Made by a program: the position numbers and the translations under genes. The notes beneath the pieces are model-generated. The model made no database searches. It saw only the letters and a program-made list of their open reading frames with translations, and was not told the DNA's origin. This document shows, one piece after another, positions 39,246 through 51,127 of a DNA stretch of 64,000 bases. How positions within the stretch are numbered: position 1 is the stretch's first letter; each line of letters starts with the position of its first letter. Location: the NCBI GenBank assembly GCA_907165135.1, contig OU015566.1, positions 11,222,001 through 11,286,000 of the forward strand. Direction: 5' to 3'. This stretch comes from Oikopleura dioica (Eukaryota > Animalia > Chordata).

Positions 39246-41397
39246 ATGTCGAAAACGTTTTCTGCCTTGCTCGCACTCTCCAAGCAACTGGAGGAGAAGA
39301 GCGCCGGGCTAGCTCTTGAATGTCTTCACGCTGCTACTCTTCTTGAGAACACATCTGCCGAGGAAAAGGCATGCTCGAATTATTTGCTCGGCGAGCTGTT
39401 GCTCAAAACCGCTCAAGAGCCACTGGACTCGAAGCAGTTTTTCTTGGCTTCTATTGAGGCTTCTCAGGAAGGGTTCACCTCAAGGTCTTTCTTCTTAGCG
39501 TTTTTCGAATTTAAACCCTCAAAAAGACAATAATAAAAACAGACCTCTCCAGCCGCCAGTATCTTCTCCGCTCGCTCGAGAAATTATCCGGACTTTTACC
39601 TATTTCCGAATCGACCATCATTTTATCCGATATCCTTTCAAAACACAACGAGGACGACACATTCCTGGCGAAGCTATTTTTCAGCTTTCTCGAAATATTC
39701 GCGAATTGCGGAGCTGACAGATTGCTCCAAGTGATGACACTGTTCAAATGCGAGCCGATTGCAACTTTGCGGAGGAAATCAGAGTACATCGACATTTTGA
39801 TTAATTTATCCAACGCCTTGGTAATCATCCACAAACAAGTTAAAACGAACCGTTTTTAGCTTATTTTGAAAAACTACTGCCGTGCTCATGAAAATTTATT
39901 CCACGATATTCTCGACGAAGCTGAGAATAAACTCCACTCAACAACGATTGATCAAGCGAGAAAAGCTTCTTTGAAAATTTATCTTCACTGTCTAAGAGTA
40001 AGAATCATCCTTCCTCTCCTTATTTGAGCTAAAAAATCAGATTATGAACGTCCTGACATGGGGAATTCCCGAACGCGGGGATAGAAAAACTGGCAAGAGT
40101 TTGAAGCAGTTTCACCAGGAAATCATCGCATACAGTCAGCTACAAGAAGAACCAACAACTGAATCAGATCTTAACTCGTAAGTTTCAGCCATCTTCCCAG
40201 AGATAAACTAACTCCGTTAGATTTTTCTGGCTAAAGAAAGAAGAACTAACTGCCCTTGGTTATCTCATCACTGTAATTCATTCCGTCAGATTTGGAAATA
40301 TCGACAAAGCGATCAAATACAGTGAAAGAACGCTCAATCAAGTTTCCACTAATCAGAGGTAGCAATTTTTTAAGACTCTATTAATCATTTCAAGTTTCTT
40401 CAATGACAACCTGCGGATCCTGACCCTCGAGTACCTTGCACAGTGTAAATTGATAATTGGCGAGCCCCTTGAATGCGTAAAAATCATTTCTGAACTCTCG
40501 AATCTTGCTCAAAGCGGGTCGCATCCATCGAAAATTAGCCAGGTTTGTTCCTTTTGAATACTCCATCTCAAAGAGGATTTTAGATGCATTCTTTGATCGC
40601 TTTCCTTGCAATGAGTTCGAATCAGAAAGAAACTGCGCTCAAGCATTTCCAACTGGCCTTGGAAGCTAAACCTGAGAACGAATCCTTCGTCAAACTATGC
40701 ATCAGCTTCGCGAAGGGCGCTCCGCTCGATCCTAGTTTTCGAATGAAGAAAGTGTTCCTTTGAATGCGATCACTCACTTGATTTCTGGATATGCGCAGTT
40801 CAGTCAAAAAGACCACGATTCTGCAAAGTATGGAGAAATCATTGACACATGTTTTCAATACTTGTTTTTAGGAGAACATTTCGAGATGGAGTGAAAGTAT
40901 CCAACGCACAGGACATCAAGAGTTTGACGGCAATGTACCTCCTTCTTCTTGGAGAAATTTTCATATCGACTTCAAGTGATGTAAGTTTTTGGGTTTTTGT
41001 ACGATGATCGATGTAGACAGACGAGATTGAAGTTACCGCCCATCAGGGTTGGGCCGAGGCCCATCATCAGTGAATTTGGGTCGACTGTAGATCCGGTGCC
41101 CAAAACGTAACAGGAGCGTCGGAGCAATAGCCACCGTGATGTTTTTGTGATAACGTTTAGTGGGTCAAAATAATTTTGTGTAGACATATTCAACGTGAAT
41201 CTTATGGTGTCCTTCAGAGTTAGTTCAATGCCCACCCGCATTATTCCAGTAATTACGAACGAGGTTCCATTTTCAGTAATTTTGCGAAGACGCTGCCACG
41301 GTTTTATAAATAGGCAGATGAGAATTTCTATGAGATCAGTGGGATAGATTCCTCTTTCACGATGCGTTCAGAGGTTCATTTGATGTGCTTTGGGTAG
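39246..41397 (+). CDS. MAU2: Cohesin loader subunit MAU2/SCC4
   Basis: N-terminus ALLALSKQL...LALECLHAA...NYLLGELLLK resembles MAU2, followed by TPR-like helical exons. 3' exons approximate. Confidence 0.75.
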
Positions 41398-41504
41398 TCG
41401 TCCTATCTCCACTGCCGACAGATCATGAAAAATACCACATGATCCTTAGGGTTTGCTAATTATGGTTTCAGGGCTACATGACAACTGTAAAACAGGCGCG
41501 GCAA

Positions 41505-44500
41505 ATGGCTGCGAAAATTCAACATGAATCGTTATTAGTCTGGGCAAATCGGTTGAGCTTGTCGTCTGGGAATTCAGCCGACCCGGATTTTCAGGTTTTT
41601 CACACCATAATCCTAAATTTTCATCTAAATCATATTTAGAAAATCCAAGAGGAATTAGCCAAGCTTGAATCAAAAAGAGCATCAGATGAAGCTGCAATTA
41701 GAGAATCAGCACTCGCGAAAACTCTTTTCAACGTAAGATTTTCCCGATGATTTATCTATTATCTATCGTTCAGTGGACTTCTATCACGGAACTTCCGAAA
41801 ATCCAAGTTGATGCACAAGTCAAGGAGGAAGCGAAACCAGAAATATCTCAACAAATTTCTAACGGCTCAAGTTCTGATTTGCAGCCTCAAAATGTTAAGC
41901 AAAACCATGCTCTTGTCGACCAAGAAATCGACAACATGATTTCAAAGATGGAAGGAGGGACCTCAATGATGGGCCCTCCCAGCGAGCGGCCTCCTCCGTC
42001 TCCGGCAGCGCAGTCGCCTCGTCCAGTTGCTTCTCCTCGCCCGCCTCCAGTAGTTTCCCCGAATGTTTACCAGAATCAGCCCGTCAACTCTCCCGTTCAA
42101 TACAACACGCAGACACCCTCGCCGATGAGCCAACCCACCACGCCTCACTCGCCGTTCCAGCCAGTTCACTCTCCACTGAATCCAACATCACCGCATCAAT
42201 CCCAGCAAGCTCAAATGGGTGCAATGATGCAACAGGGCCAGTTCAATAACCAAAACCACTCGCCGAGTATCTCACCACATCACCCTTCCCCGTCTATTTC
42301 TCCCAAAATTCCTATCAACCAACAGAATATGATGGGCCAGCAGAAATTGATGCCTCAAAATGTTGCTCCAACTCAAAGTCTCAATACAGGATTCTCCGTA
42401 AGATAGATCTTTCAACGTGTTTTTTTTAAGGGTATAGTAATCGCTCAGGCCTACTTTGAGCTCGTACTCTTCAGCACCTGTAAGTAGTAAAAATTGCCTA
42501 AATGGCTAGAAATAAAGATCTATCTAAGATCTTACTATTGACAAGAGCTTTTTTTGAAATTCCATCATTTTTACCACGTGACAACCCCTTAAAGTTGGCA
42601 TCTCGGCCAAAATAGGCTATATAAACGGCCGAACTCCTCGGAAGTTTTCAATAAGGTCCAGAATCTTTTTTAGTGGATTATGTAGATCAGACCCTTATCT
42701 TAAAACTGACAAGAGCTTTTTTCGATTACTTAATTTTTTCTTACAAAATTTTTTCGAAAATCGATAGTATCCATTTTTGACCTAAACAACCACCTTAATT
42801 GCCCTGAGGGCACTGCCCAAACTCCACCGTTTTTATATCAGATTGAAGCCCTGAACATAAGCTTTCTAAAAATGTGTCATATGAAGCCCCTCGGAAGCTT
42901 CTAAAAATGGTCAAAAATTTGCTTATGGGCAAAATGCATTAAATTTCGCCAATTTCAGTCACAATTTCCAGGAAACCGGTTGAAATAGAGATACAGCTCA
43001 TAAGGACCTTTTCGTTCAGAATTTCATGAGGATTCTAAAAATCGACTCAGACAAAAAATTTGAGACTTGGCAAAGAGCGATGACTATACCCTTAAGTTTA
43101 TTTTCAGGGAATTAGTCCAAACCAAAACAACTTCGGGAACGGCCATTTCCAGCCCCAGCCAAACCCGATCCAGCAGCAAGTTCCGATGACACAGCATAAC
43201 TACAATCCATTTTCCCACACAAATATAATCGGCAATCAACAAGCGCCGATGGCCAATGCTCAGCCGCTTGCTCCTCAACAAATGAATACAGGCAACGGTC
43301 ATCTGCCGGGGCATGGTTTCCAAATGCAGCCGCAAGGAGCCCCGATGCAGCCTGGTTTTTATCCTAATATGTTCCCTAAGAATCAACCCAACGCACAAAC
43401 TAACCATCCCTTCCCCAACCATTTCCAGTAAAGTTTTATTCCCTGATTTTCCTTCTTTCCATACTTCTGTTTTTGAATACTGATCTACTGCCGATCTCAA
43501 ATAATCCTGATGTTATCAATTTTAGAATGCTACTACCTGTCAAAGATTATGTTGCAATACCGATAAGATATCGACAGGAAGCAGAGACAAGAGGAATTCC
43601 GGACAGAGACACAATACTAGAAGCAAAGGGATATACAGAATGCCGCATCTGCAAAGACTGTGACGAATCGGCGCCTAACGTTAGAATAGACGAGTACAAC
43701 CTGCATATATTCAAACATCACCAAGTTCTTGCTAATTTATTATACTATTCGAAGTATACCCACTGGATCAACACGCCTCAGCTCAAGATTCACTGGCAGA
43801 AGGAAAACAATCAAACTTTGAAGAAGCTGAAAAGATGGTACACTCAAGTGCGAAGACCCGAATGTGGCCGAGCCCTCGACGAGATGATGCTGGAGTACGA
43901 AAAGGTCCTCAAAGAGCCGTTCATCAAGGAGAAAGAAAATCAGTACGTAGCGAGAAATGCCTTCACGAGAATGCTGATACGGGAAGAGTTTCAAATAAAG
44001 GAGGAGATTGGAGATCCTCCCGCTGTTGCCCCTGGACCACTTTCTGATAGAAACGCCAGAAGAGCGAAACTGATAGAATATTACAAGAACAAAGCGAAGA
44101 AAGCAAATGAACCAATCATTATTGATAGTAAAGAGAGCACAGATCCTGTCATCATTGTCGATGAAAAACCAGCAAAGCCGAAGAAGAGACCGAAGAAAGT
44201 TTCAGCTCCTACGGAGCCAGTTGTAATCCTTGATGACAGCGATGAAGAGCAACCTCCGTCGACAGAAATGGACACGATGGATGATGATATTCCGATTACA
44301 AAGCTGCTTGAGAAAGGAGCAAAGATGGTCAACAAGATTGAAGAGAAACTCTCAGAAGAGACCCCGAAATCAAACGGCCCGAAGATTGTTCTAAAAGATG
44401 TCAATGACAACAAAGACTTCTTTGCAGTTCAAAATAGACCACCTCTTAATTGTCCGAGCGAGTCTTCTGACTCATCATCGGAATCAGAAGTAGAAGTGGC

Positions 44501-45424
44501 TCCAGTTGTCCCGAAGGTACAGGAAGTCAAATATTTGAATTATAACAACTCCTTAGTTTGTATCAGCATATCCAGATAAGGCCTCACAAAGTGAAGCGCC
44601 GAAAAGAAAGCGTTTGTTCGAAGAGCCATCTCCAGTTGTTAGTAATGGTGTCTTTGATGTCAATAAACCTGGAACATCAAAACTTACTCTTCCTGTGCAC
44701 GTAAATTCCGGAAGCAATAATCCAGTGAAGAAACCAGCAAAAGCCTCAAAATTGTCTCAACGATTTGCTTCGCTAAAAGAGGATTCTAATAAGAAATTCG
44801 CTGATAGAGGGCTAGACATGTCGAAGTCAAGGCTAAACGAGCTGAACCCAGAGAAGAAAATTCCATCGTTGAAGGTTTATTCAGAAACAAATCCAAGCTC
44901 AAAAGACAATTCCACAGAAAATTCTTCATACAAGCCAATGTCAATAAGTGCCGTCAAAAATCAAAAGATGAAGGAGAAACAAGGCAAAATAAGGGCAAAG
45001 AGAGAAGACGGCTTGATTAAGGTTTACTCCGAGCCGCTTGGAAAGGACCCACGTTCCATGAAAAAAGTAATGCAGCATCTGAATAATGGACACAACCTTT
45101 GGTTTCTCTGCCCTCTGTCAAACAAGAAGATAGTCACTCCAGTAAGGGGCGCAAAGTGCAAACATGGGTCGACATTCTGTTACCAACAATTCAAAAGAAA
45201 AGAACTGAACAGACCAACATGTCCACTCTGCAGTATGAAATTCGAGTAAGCTTCTTTTTCTCCTTAGCTTCTTATAAGCTTATTTTAGTAAGAATAATCC
45301 GCTGAAAATCTGTTCATTCACAATGTCGCTGATGAAGGACTATCCAAACTTTCTCCAAGTTCGCCAGATCAATGATGGAGGGTTGAAAACAAAAATCGTT
45401 GGGGCTAAACTAGCGGACTCTTAA
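41505..45424 (+). CDS. SP-RING (MIZ) zinc-finger protein, PIAS/ZMIZ-like, with a Q/P-rich region
   Basis: LCPLSNKKIVTPVRGAKCKH...CPLC SP-RING at 45100-45235; C2H2-like CRIC...HIFKHH; P/Q/S-rich exons. Both ends are manual predictions. Confidence 0.7.
42430..43091. mobile_element. 662-bp MITE with TTAA TSD and GG...CC termini (Kolobok-like) in an intron
   Basis: TTAA|GGGTATAGTAATCGCTC ... GAGCGATGACTATACCC|TTAA; removal restores a 44-nt intron (42398-43107). Confidence 0.9.
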
Positions 45425-45568
45425 TATTGCTTCTATCAATCTTTTGTATATACTCGCAATTTTTTTCAAATAAAATGCAAAAACTGGAAAACTTATATTT
45501 GTCATTTTATTTACGATATGACAAATCGTTGTGTCTCGATCGTAAAGGGCATCTTTTCAGAGAAATAG

Positions 45569-47528
45569 ATGTGGAATCAAGCCAGGCTTTCTATCGCATT
45601 AGACTGAGATAATGAAACATTGTTGAAAAAGCATTCGTTAGTGAAAATTATTGATGGAGGCATGGGCACGGAACTTGTGCGTTGTGGCGTTGAAGATGTT
45701 GACAAGCACAAGCTGTGGTCGGCATTGGCCAATGTTGAGTTCCCTGATTCTGTAGTGCAAGGCAAGATTCACCAAATTATGAAAACATCTATCTTTTTCT
45801 AATTTTTAACCACTATAATTAGCCCACAAGAATTTTATCAACGCTGGAGCCGATATCATCATCACAAATACTTATCAATCGAACCAGCCACTGCTCATGA
45901 GTGAGCTGAAGATATCAAGAGAGGAAGCAGACAACCTGCTTCTAAAAACTCTTGATCTTGCTCGTGAAGCAGCAGGGCCGGGCACAATCGTTGCGGGATC
46001 AATTGGACCCTATCCGGACTGCCCAGCTTCCGAATACAACCCGGAGTATTTGAAAAGGATTAGTTTCGAGGAGCTTTACGAGTGGCATCGCCCGAGATTC
46101 GAGATCTTGGCAAAGGAGAGTTTTATATTGCAGAATTCAGATCTTCTTGACCCTGAATAAAACCTTACAGAGTTCAAAAGTCGACATTCTCGCGTGTGAA
46201 ACAATGCCTGGAATAAAAGCAGGGTGGCTATTTTGGACAAAATTTTGGGGTCTAGCCATCCAATTTCCATCCAATAAATTTTGAGTCGGAACTATCCATC
46301 CAAAATCCAACCCAATCCAATTATTACCCAATTCCCCAAGAATCCCCAATTCCAATAAGATCCAATTGGATTTCCAATTTTTCCAAGGCTTTTAGTACTT
46401 TGAAAAGAAGCGAAACAGTTAGTTTCTATCCGAAAGGAGGATCAACATAGCCAAAAGAATGATTTTTTATCCGAAATTTTTCATTTTTATCATGAAAATG
46501 ACCCTTCTTTGCATAGTTAAGCGATACAGTGAAAACTCAAAATTTGCCCACTCGAAATTTGGCCGGTTTTGGTCGAAATTGACTGATTTAAGAATCTGAA
46601 AAAGACTCAAAAATTGGCCGCTTTTTCAATAATAGAAAATTTTGGATCAAAATTGCGCCTAAATTATGCTATTCCTGGGCATTTTTAGCTTTTTTAGACT
46701 GTTAAAATTATTTAAAATGACTAATTTCTAAAATAAATGTCTTCAAACAAGCAAAAATTTGAATTAAATTGTTCAAAAACGTGAAAATCATGCCCATTTT
46801 CGAAAATTTGGAAAATTTGCTTCTTAGAAGTGGACTCTTGGCTATCCGGTAAAAAACTCAAAATTTGGCCGCTTTTTTCTTGAATAAGGATCTAAAAACC
46901 GGCCAATTTTTGAGTTTTAACTGTATATATTTTATTGGATCCAATTCCCCAATTTCCCCCAATTGCCCAATTTTTCCCAACAAAATCCGGTACCCTGGCC
47001 ATCCAAATTCCATCCAAACCTTATTGGATTGGATCAATCCAATTCCAACTAACCCCCAAATCCAAAATAGCCACCCTGATAAAAGAAGCTCAAGTTTTTC
47101 TCAAACTCCTGTCTGAAGTCAAAAAAGAAGCTTACATATCGTTTACTTGTCAGAAGGGCACAACAAATGCTGGAGAATCCTTTTCTGATATTGTGAATAT
47201 GCTCAAATCTGAGAAGCCGGACAATTTGAGAGGAATTGGAATCAATTGCTCTGAGCCTGATGTTGTCGACGAATTCGGTACTGTCATGAAGGCAAACTTT
47301 CCAGAACTGACCTTGATTTGCTATCCAAATACGGGAGAGACCTGGACGAACAACGCTGGTGAATGGGAAGTTGAATCAAGCCAGTGGGGTGGAACTAGAG
47401 CTGACCTTGCCTCTTACGTACCAAAGTGGCTTGAAGTCGGATTCAAATGGATCGGTGGCTGCTGCAGAGTTGAACCTAAGGACATTTCAAAAATTGCAAA
47501 CATTGTCAAGAACAACACTGAACAATAA
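45569..47528 (+). CDS. Homocysteine S-methyltransferase family protein, possibly a disrupted allele
   Basis: IIDGGMGTEL, LWSA, GADIIITNTYQ, VAGSIGPY, DILACET, GIGINCS, CYPNTG and WIGGCCR (Zn-binding Cys). In-frame TGA at 45605 and a MITE in an exon. Confidence 0.9.
46220..47078. mobile_element. MITE (460 bp plus a nested element) inside the HMT coding exon
   Basis: 18-bp TIR CAGGGTGGCTATTTTGGA; 7-bp TSD ATAAAAG at 46213-46219 and 47079-47085; CCAAT/TCCAA microrepeats. Confidence 0.9.
46527..46923. mobile_element. Nested Tc1/mariner-type MITE (TA TSD)
   Basis: TA|CAGTGAAAACTCAAAATTTG ... CAATTTTTGAGTTTTAACTG|TA. Confidence 0.8.
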
Positions 47529-47817
47529 ACTAATCAAACGAACTTTTTGAATCCAATGCAAGAAATATTATAACTCGCATTTTCTTACAATGAGTAGACT
47601 CGCTCAAGCAAGCCACGTGCGAAGATCTGCGCGGGGAGTCAGTTAGTTTGACAATTTTGAAGCAATTAGCTTTAGCGACCTGTGATCTCGCCACGATGCT
47701 CTGATTCAAAACGCGCGCGTTTTACAGTTGAGCATCCAAGGTCAACGCCTTTCTTGAGCTCTTTTACGACTCTGATGCATCCAAAAACTTGATAAGAAGG
47801 AAAGAGAAAGGAAGGAA

Positions 47818-49144
47818 ATGAGCAATCTCGTTCGAAGGAGAGGTTTTAATTGAGAATTGATGAGGATTTAAAATTTGGAACATTGAATAAAAAACCTTTT
47901 AAGCCCATCAGTCGCCAGTTTAGACATTGAATGCCCAGTAAGCTCTCGAATTGAAATCACGATGCTCAATAAGATTTTAAGATATGTACAGATACATACG
48001 ACCGTCCACGATTTCTTCAATGCTATCATTCATTCTGCACAAATTGTTTAGTTCAAATGGTCGAAGCCCAGCACAACCGAAATTTAATCACGTGTCCTCT
48101 TCGCTGCGATCAACGGACCATCCTTCGAGAAGGTTTTCGTTGGTCTTTTCTTGGATTAAAATGATTGTTTAGGAGGAATATTTACACTGCCACTTGACAG
48201 ATTTAAAATGAGCATAATTGAGACGCTATCCGAGGTAACTTTCAAAATCCTCGATCGAAATAAAAATATTCAAGCCGTCCATTGACGAAAATGTATGCAG
48301 AAATCACGACGAAAGAATCAAGCATTTTTGCCGCGATTGCAACGAGCTCATTTGCTCAGAGTGCGTTTTGGACAGTCATTTGGGACACAAGAGCTCGAAG
48401 TTGGAGAAAACCTTAGCAACGGATTTGGGAAGAAAGCTAAGGAAGATTGTCGAAAGTGTTTCGGACGACGATGCTGCGAATAGAATGCTTGAGGTTTGTG
48501 TCGCTGATCGTTTCTAGTTCATATCGCTCTTAGGGAGTTATATCAAGAAAGACAACAAACGTGATCAGAAAAAGTAAACTTGAGGAAGAAGGAAGGATAC
48601 TGGAAGAAAAGCTTGATGCGCTTAATGAAGAGTTAGAAATTGTAGAAAATGAGCTCGAGAGAGACGAAAATTTGACGGAAACGTTATCGACGAATTTGAA
48701 AGAGTTTGTCAGGTCATCAGAAAAAGCACTGAAAGGTTAAGAACGATAATTATTCATTCTATGGAGATTTGTAGATCTTGACGAAGAAAGACTCAAAGTC
48801 GACCAATTCGTTGGGAAATATTGCAATGCTCTGAAGTCATATCAGATGTTTGAGGTACCGGAACAGTTGTGAATTCCTTATAATTATATTTGTAGGAGTT
48901 TCAACCTATTCTTAACCCTAATTCTCGAGTGAAGGGGCTTGGAAAATCAAGATCAAATTTTATTTTCACCCTTTCAAGCGTGATACTTCTGATATCGATT
49001 GCTTTATTTTATCTTTTGGAAGATAAGATATATTCCTTCTTCGACGACACTAGCGAAGACATAGAAGAAATTCCGGACGAAGAAGCAACCGAAGAAATTA
49101 GCTTTTTAAGAAAAAGGGTTTACACGGAGCTCCTACAATTCTAA
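47818..49144 (+). CDS. TRIM13/TRIM59-like RING-B-box-coiled-coil-TM protein
   Basis: RING CP|ICTDTYDRPRFLQCYHSFCTNC...CPLRC; B-box2 CRNH...CRDCNELICSECVLDSHLGH; coiled coil; C-terminal TM FTLSSVILLISIALFYLL. Start exon is a manual prediction. Confidence 0.8.
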
Positions 49145-49260
49145 TTTCTATTGCATGTGGCTAACCCTAAACGTAGTTATGTCCTGCTACACTACCGTAG
49201 AATGTGGTAATGAATAAATAGACGAAATGATCGTATGCGTTTATTTGTGGAGATTAAGTG

Positions 49261-50263
49261 TTAGATTCTGTACTCTTTCTTCAAAATGTCGACAATATCA
49301 CTCTCACTGGTCGTTTTGTCTGGCCAAATTTTCTTCGGGTGGTCTTTTACATCGCCAAATTGCATATTGTCGAGGCCGGGGTCCTCAATAAGGGATTGGT
49401 TAACATCGTTGTGGAGTTTCCAGAGCCAGATAATGAAATCATTATTGGTTTTTATACGAGTTGGATCACGTCTAGGCAAGTCGCTCTTTGTCAACCCGAT
49501 TCTTTCCATAAAGTCCTTACGGCAGCCCACACACGGAAAATGAACAGTAATAAAATCTGACATCATTGACGCATACTCAGCAGGTTTTGAAAAGTCTTTT
49601 GATCGGCCAGGCCCATAAATAGTCATGACGTGCAGGAGTTTCCACATGCCACAAGGACCTCTTCGCTTAGCTCGATTTTCGCTAGAAAATGTTTGAACGA
49701 ATATAGCATGAAAAAACTTACGAGTGGCAATCAACCCAGTTCACCCAGCGATTCAGCCCAGAATTTCGATAATTGAAATAGTCCTCCTCAAACCAGTCAT
49801 CTGTAAATTTACTGACATCATTTGGAGACGAAAGCTCGCTGAAATCTTTAACTATTCGAAGTAGATCCGTAGAAGCAACCTCCCTCAAAACGAGCAAAGC
49901 TTCATTGAAAAACGTTTGAGCAATCTGTAAGTCTTCTTTCGATCTTGTAGTATTCGCTATTTTACTTTAAATTGTAACGTCTTTTCACTTACAGAAATAA
50001 GGTACTCACTCAAACAGCCAAAATATTGCAGAGCTTACATCTTCTACGCTTACCATTTTCTCTTTATAACCCGGAAAGGTGGGCTTTAAATGAGTTCTGA
50101 GTGTGCCAACTGAATTTTTATGAGCTTCTCATCATCATCACCAATAATTCTGAATGCCAAGTTTCTCCAAAAGTACCCAATCTATCAAACTTTCGAGCTG
50201 TTAGAACCCATAGGAATTTCCTGAAAACTTTATCTCACGTCTTAATATTTGTTGTTTATCCAT
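49261..50263 (-). CDS. QSOX-derived Erv/ALR sulfhydryl oxidase without thioredoxin domains
   Basis: EDVSSAIFWLF (helix-rich-region-like), PCGMWKLLH, FPCVGC (redox CxxC), WLWKLHNDVN and PKKIWP. Confidence 0.75.
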
Positions 50264-50346
50264 TGTCACCTTGAAGCTCAGCGCTGACGTGGATTAGGCA
50301 CAATCTACGGGCACAAAAAACCATAGGATACTTTTTGAAAGAGAGC

Positions 50347-51127
50347 ATGAAGATTTCAAGCTTTCTTTTGTTCTCAAGCTCCTCTGCATCTCTCTTCGGC
50401 TGGTTTGGCGGAAAGAAGAAAGATGTGGTCATTCAAACCGAAGTTTTGAGAGAAAAAGATTGTAAGCGAAAGACGAAAAATGGCGACCAGCTTTTTGTTC
50501 ATTTCTGGGGCATGAAGACTGTCGGCGGAGATGTTTTTCATACAACCTGGACAGATCGTTTCAAAGACGACAAAATAGCAGTTTACAACAAGCCATACAG
50601 ATTTCAACTTGGCCTCGGCGAGGTGATCGACGGGTGGGAAATGGGGCTGAAGAATATGTGCCCGGGTGAACGTAGAAGGCTTTTTATTCCCGCTGACTTG
50701 GCTTATGGAGAGAAAGGAGGCGGTACTCCTGAAATGCCGGGAGGAGATGTCATTTACGATGTGGAGCTGGTTCATGCTGAACAGGGGCCAAGACATCCAG
50801 GAAATCGGCTCGTTATACACACAATTTTTAATCATAAGTAAGTCTATTTCAAGCCAATTGATAGAAGTGTTTGATCTAATGGACCTTGACAAAAATGGCT
50901 ACCTCACTCACAAGGTAACGTAAATTGTGTCTCTTCAATTTCGAACTTTCCAAAAGGAAATATCAAAATTCATCCACGAAGAGCTCAAGAAACAAGGGGA
51001 GCTGAATCAAGTCCCTCATCACGAAGAACTGGCTATGGTGAAAGATATACTTTCGCAAGAAGACAAAGACCGAGACGGTCGAATCTCACGAGTGGAGTTT
51101 TCCGGAGAAGCTCACCGAGAGTTTTAG
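50347..51127 (+). CDS. ER FKBP-type PPIase with two EF hands (FKBP14/FKBP7-like)
   Basis: Signal peptide; LGEVIDGWEMGLKNMCPGERRRLFIPADLAYG; EF loops DLDKNGYLT and DKDRDGRIS; C-terminus HREF. Confidence 0.92.

Noticed and set aside
42431-42479. Cryptic exon at the left end of the Kolobok-like MITE (TTTAAG acceptor, GTAAGT donor)
   Set aside because: The upstream intron would be only 33 nt and the 49-nt exon shifts the frame; no evidence of use.
10112-47528. AMD1, ADA and HMT as a methionine/adenosine metabolic cluster
   Set aside because: Only AMD1 and ADA are neighbours and HMT is over 30 kb away; chance is sufficient.
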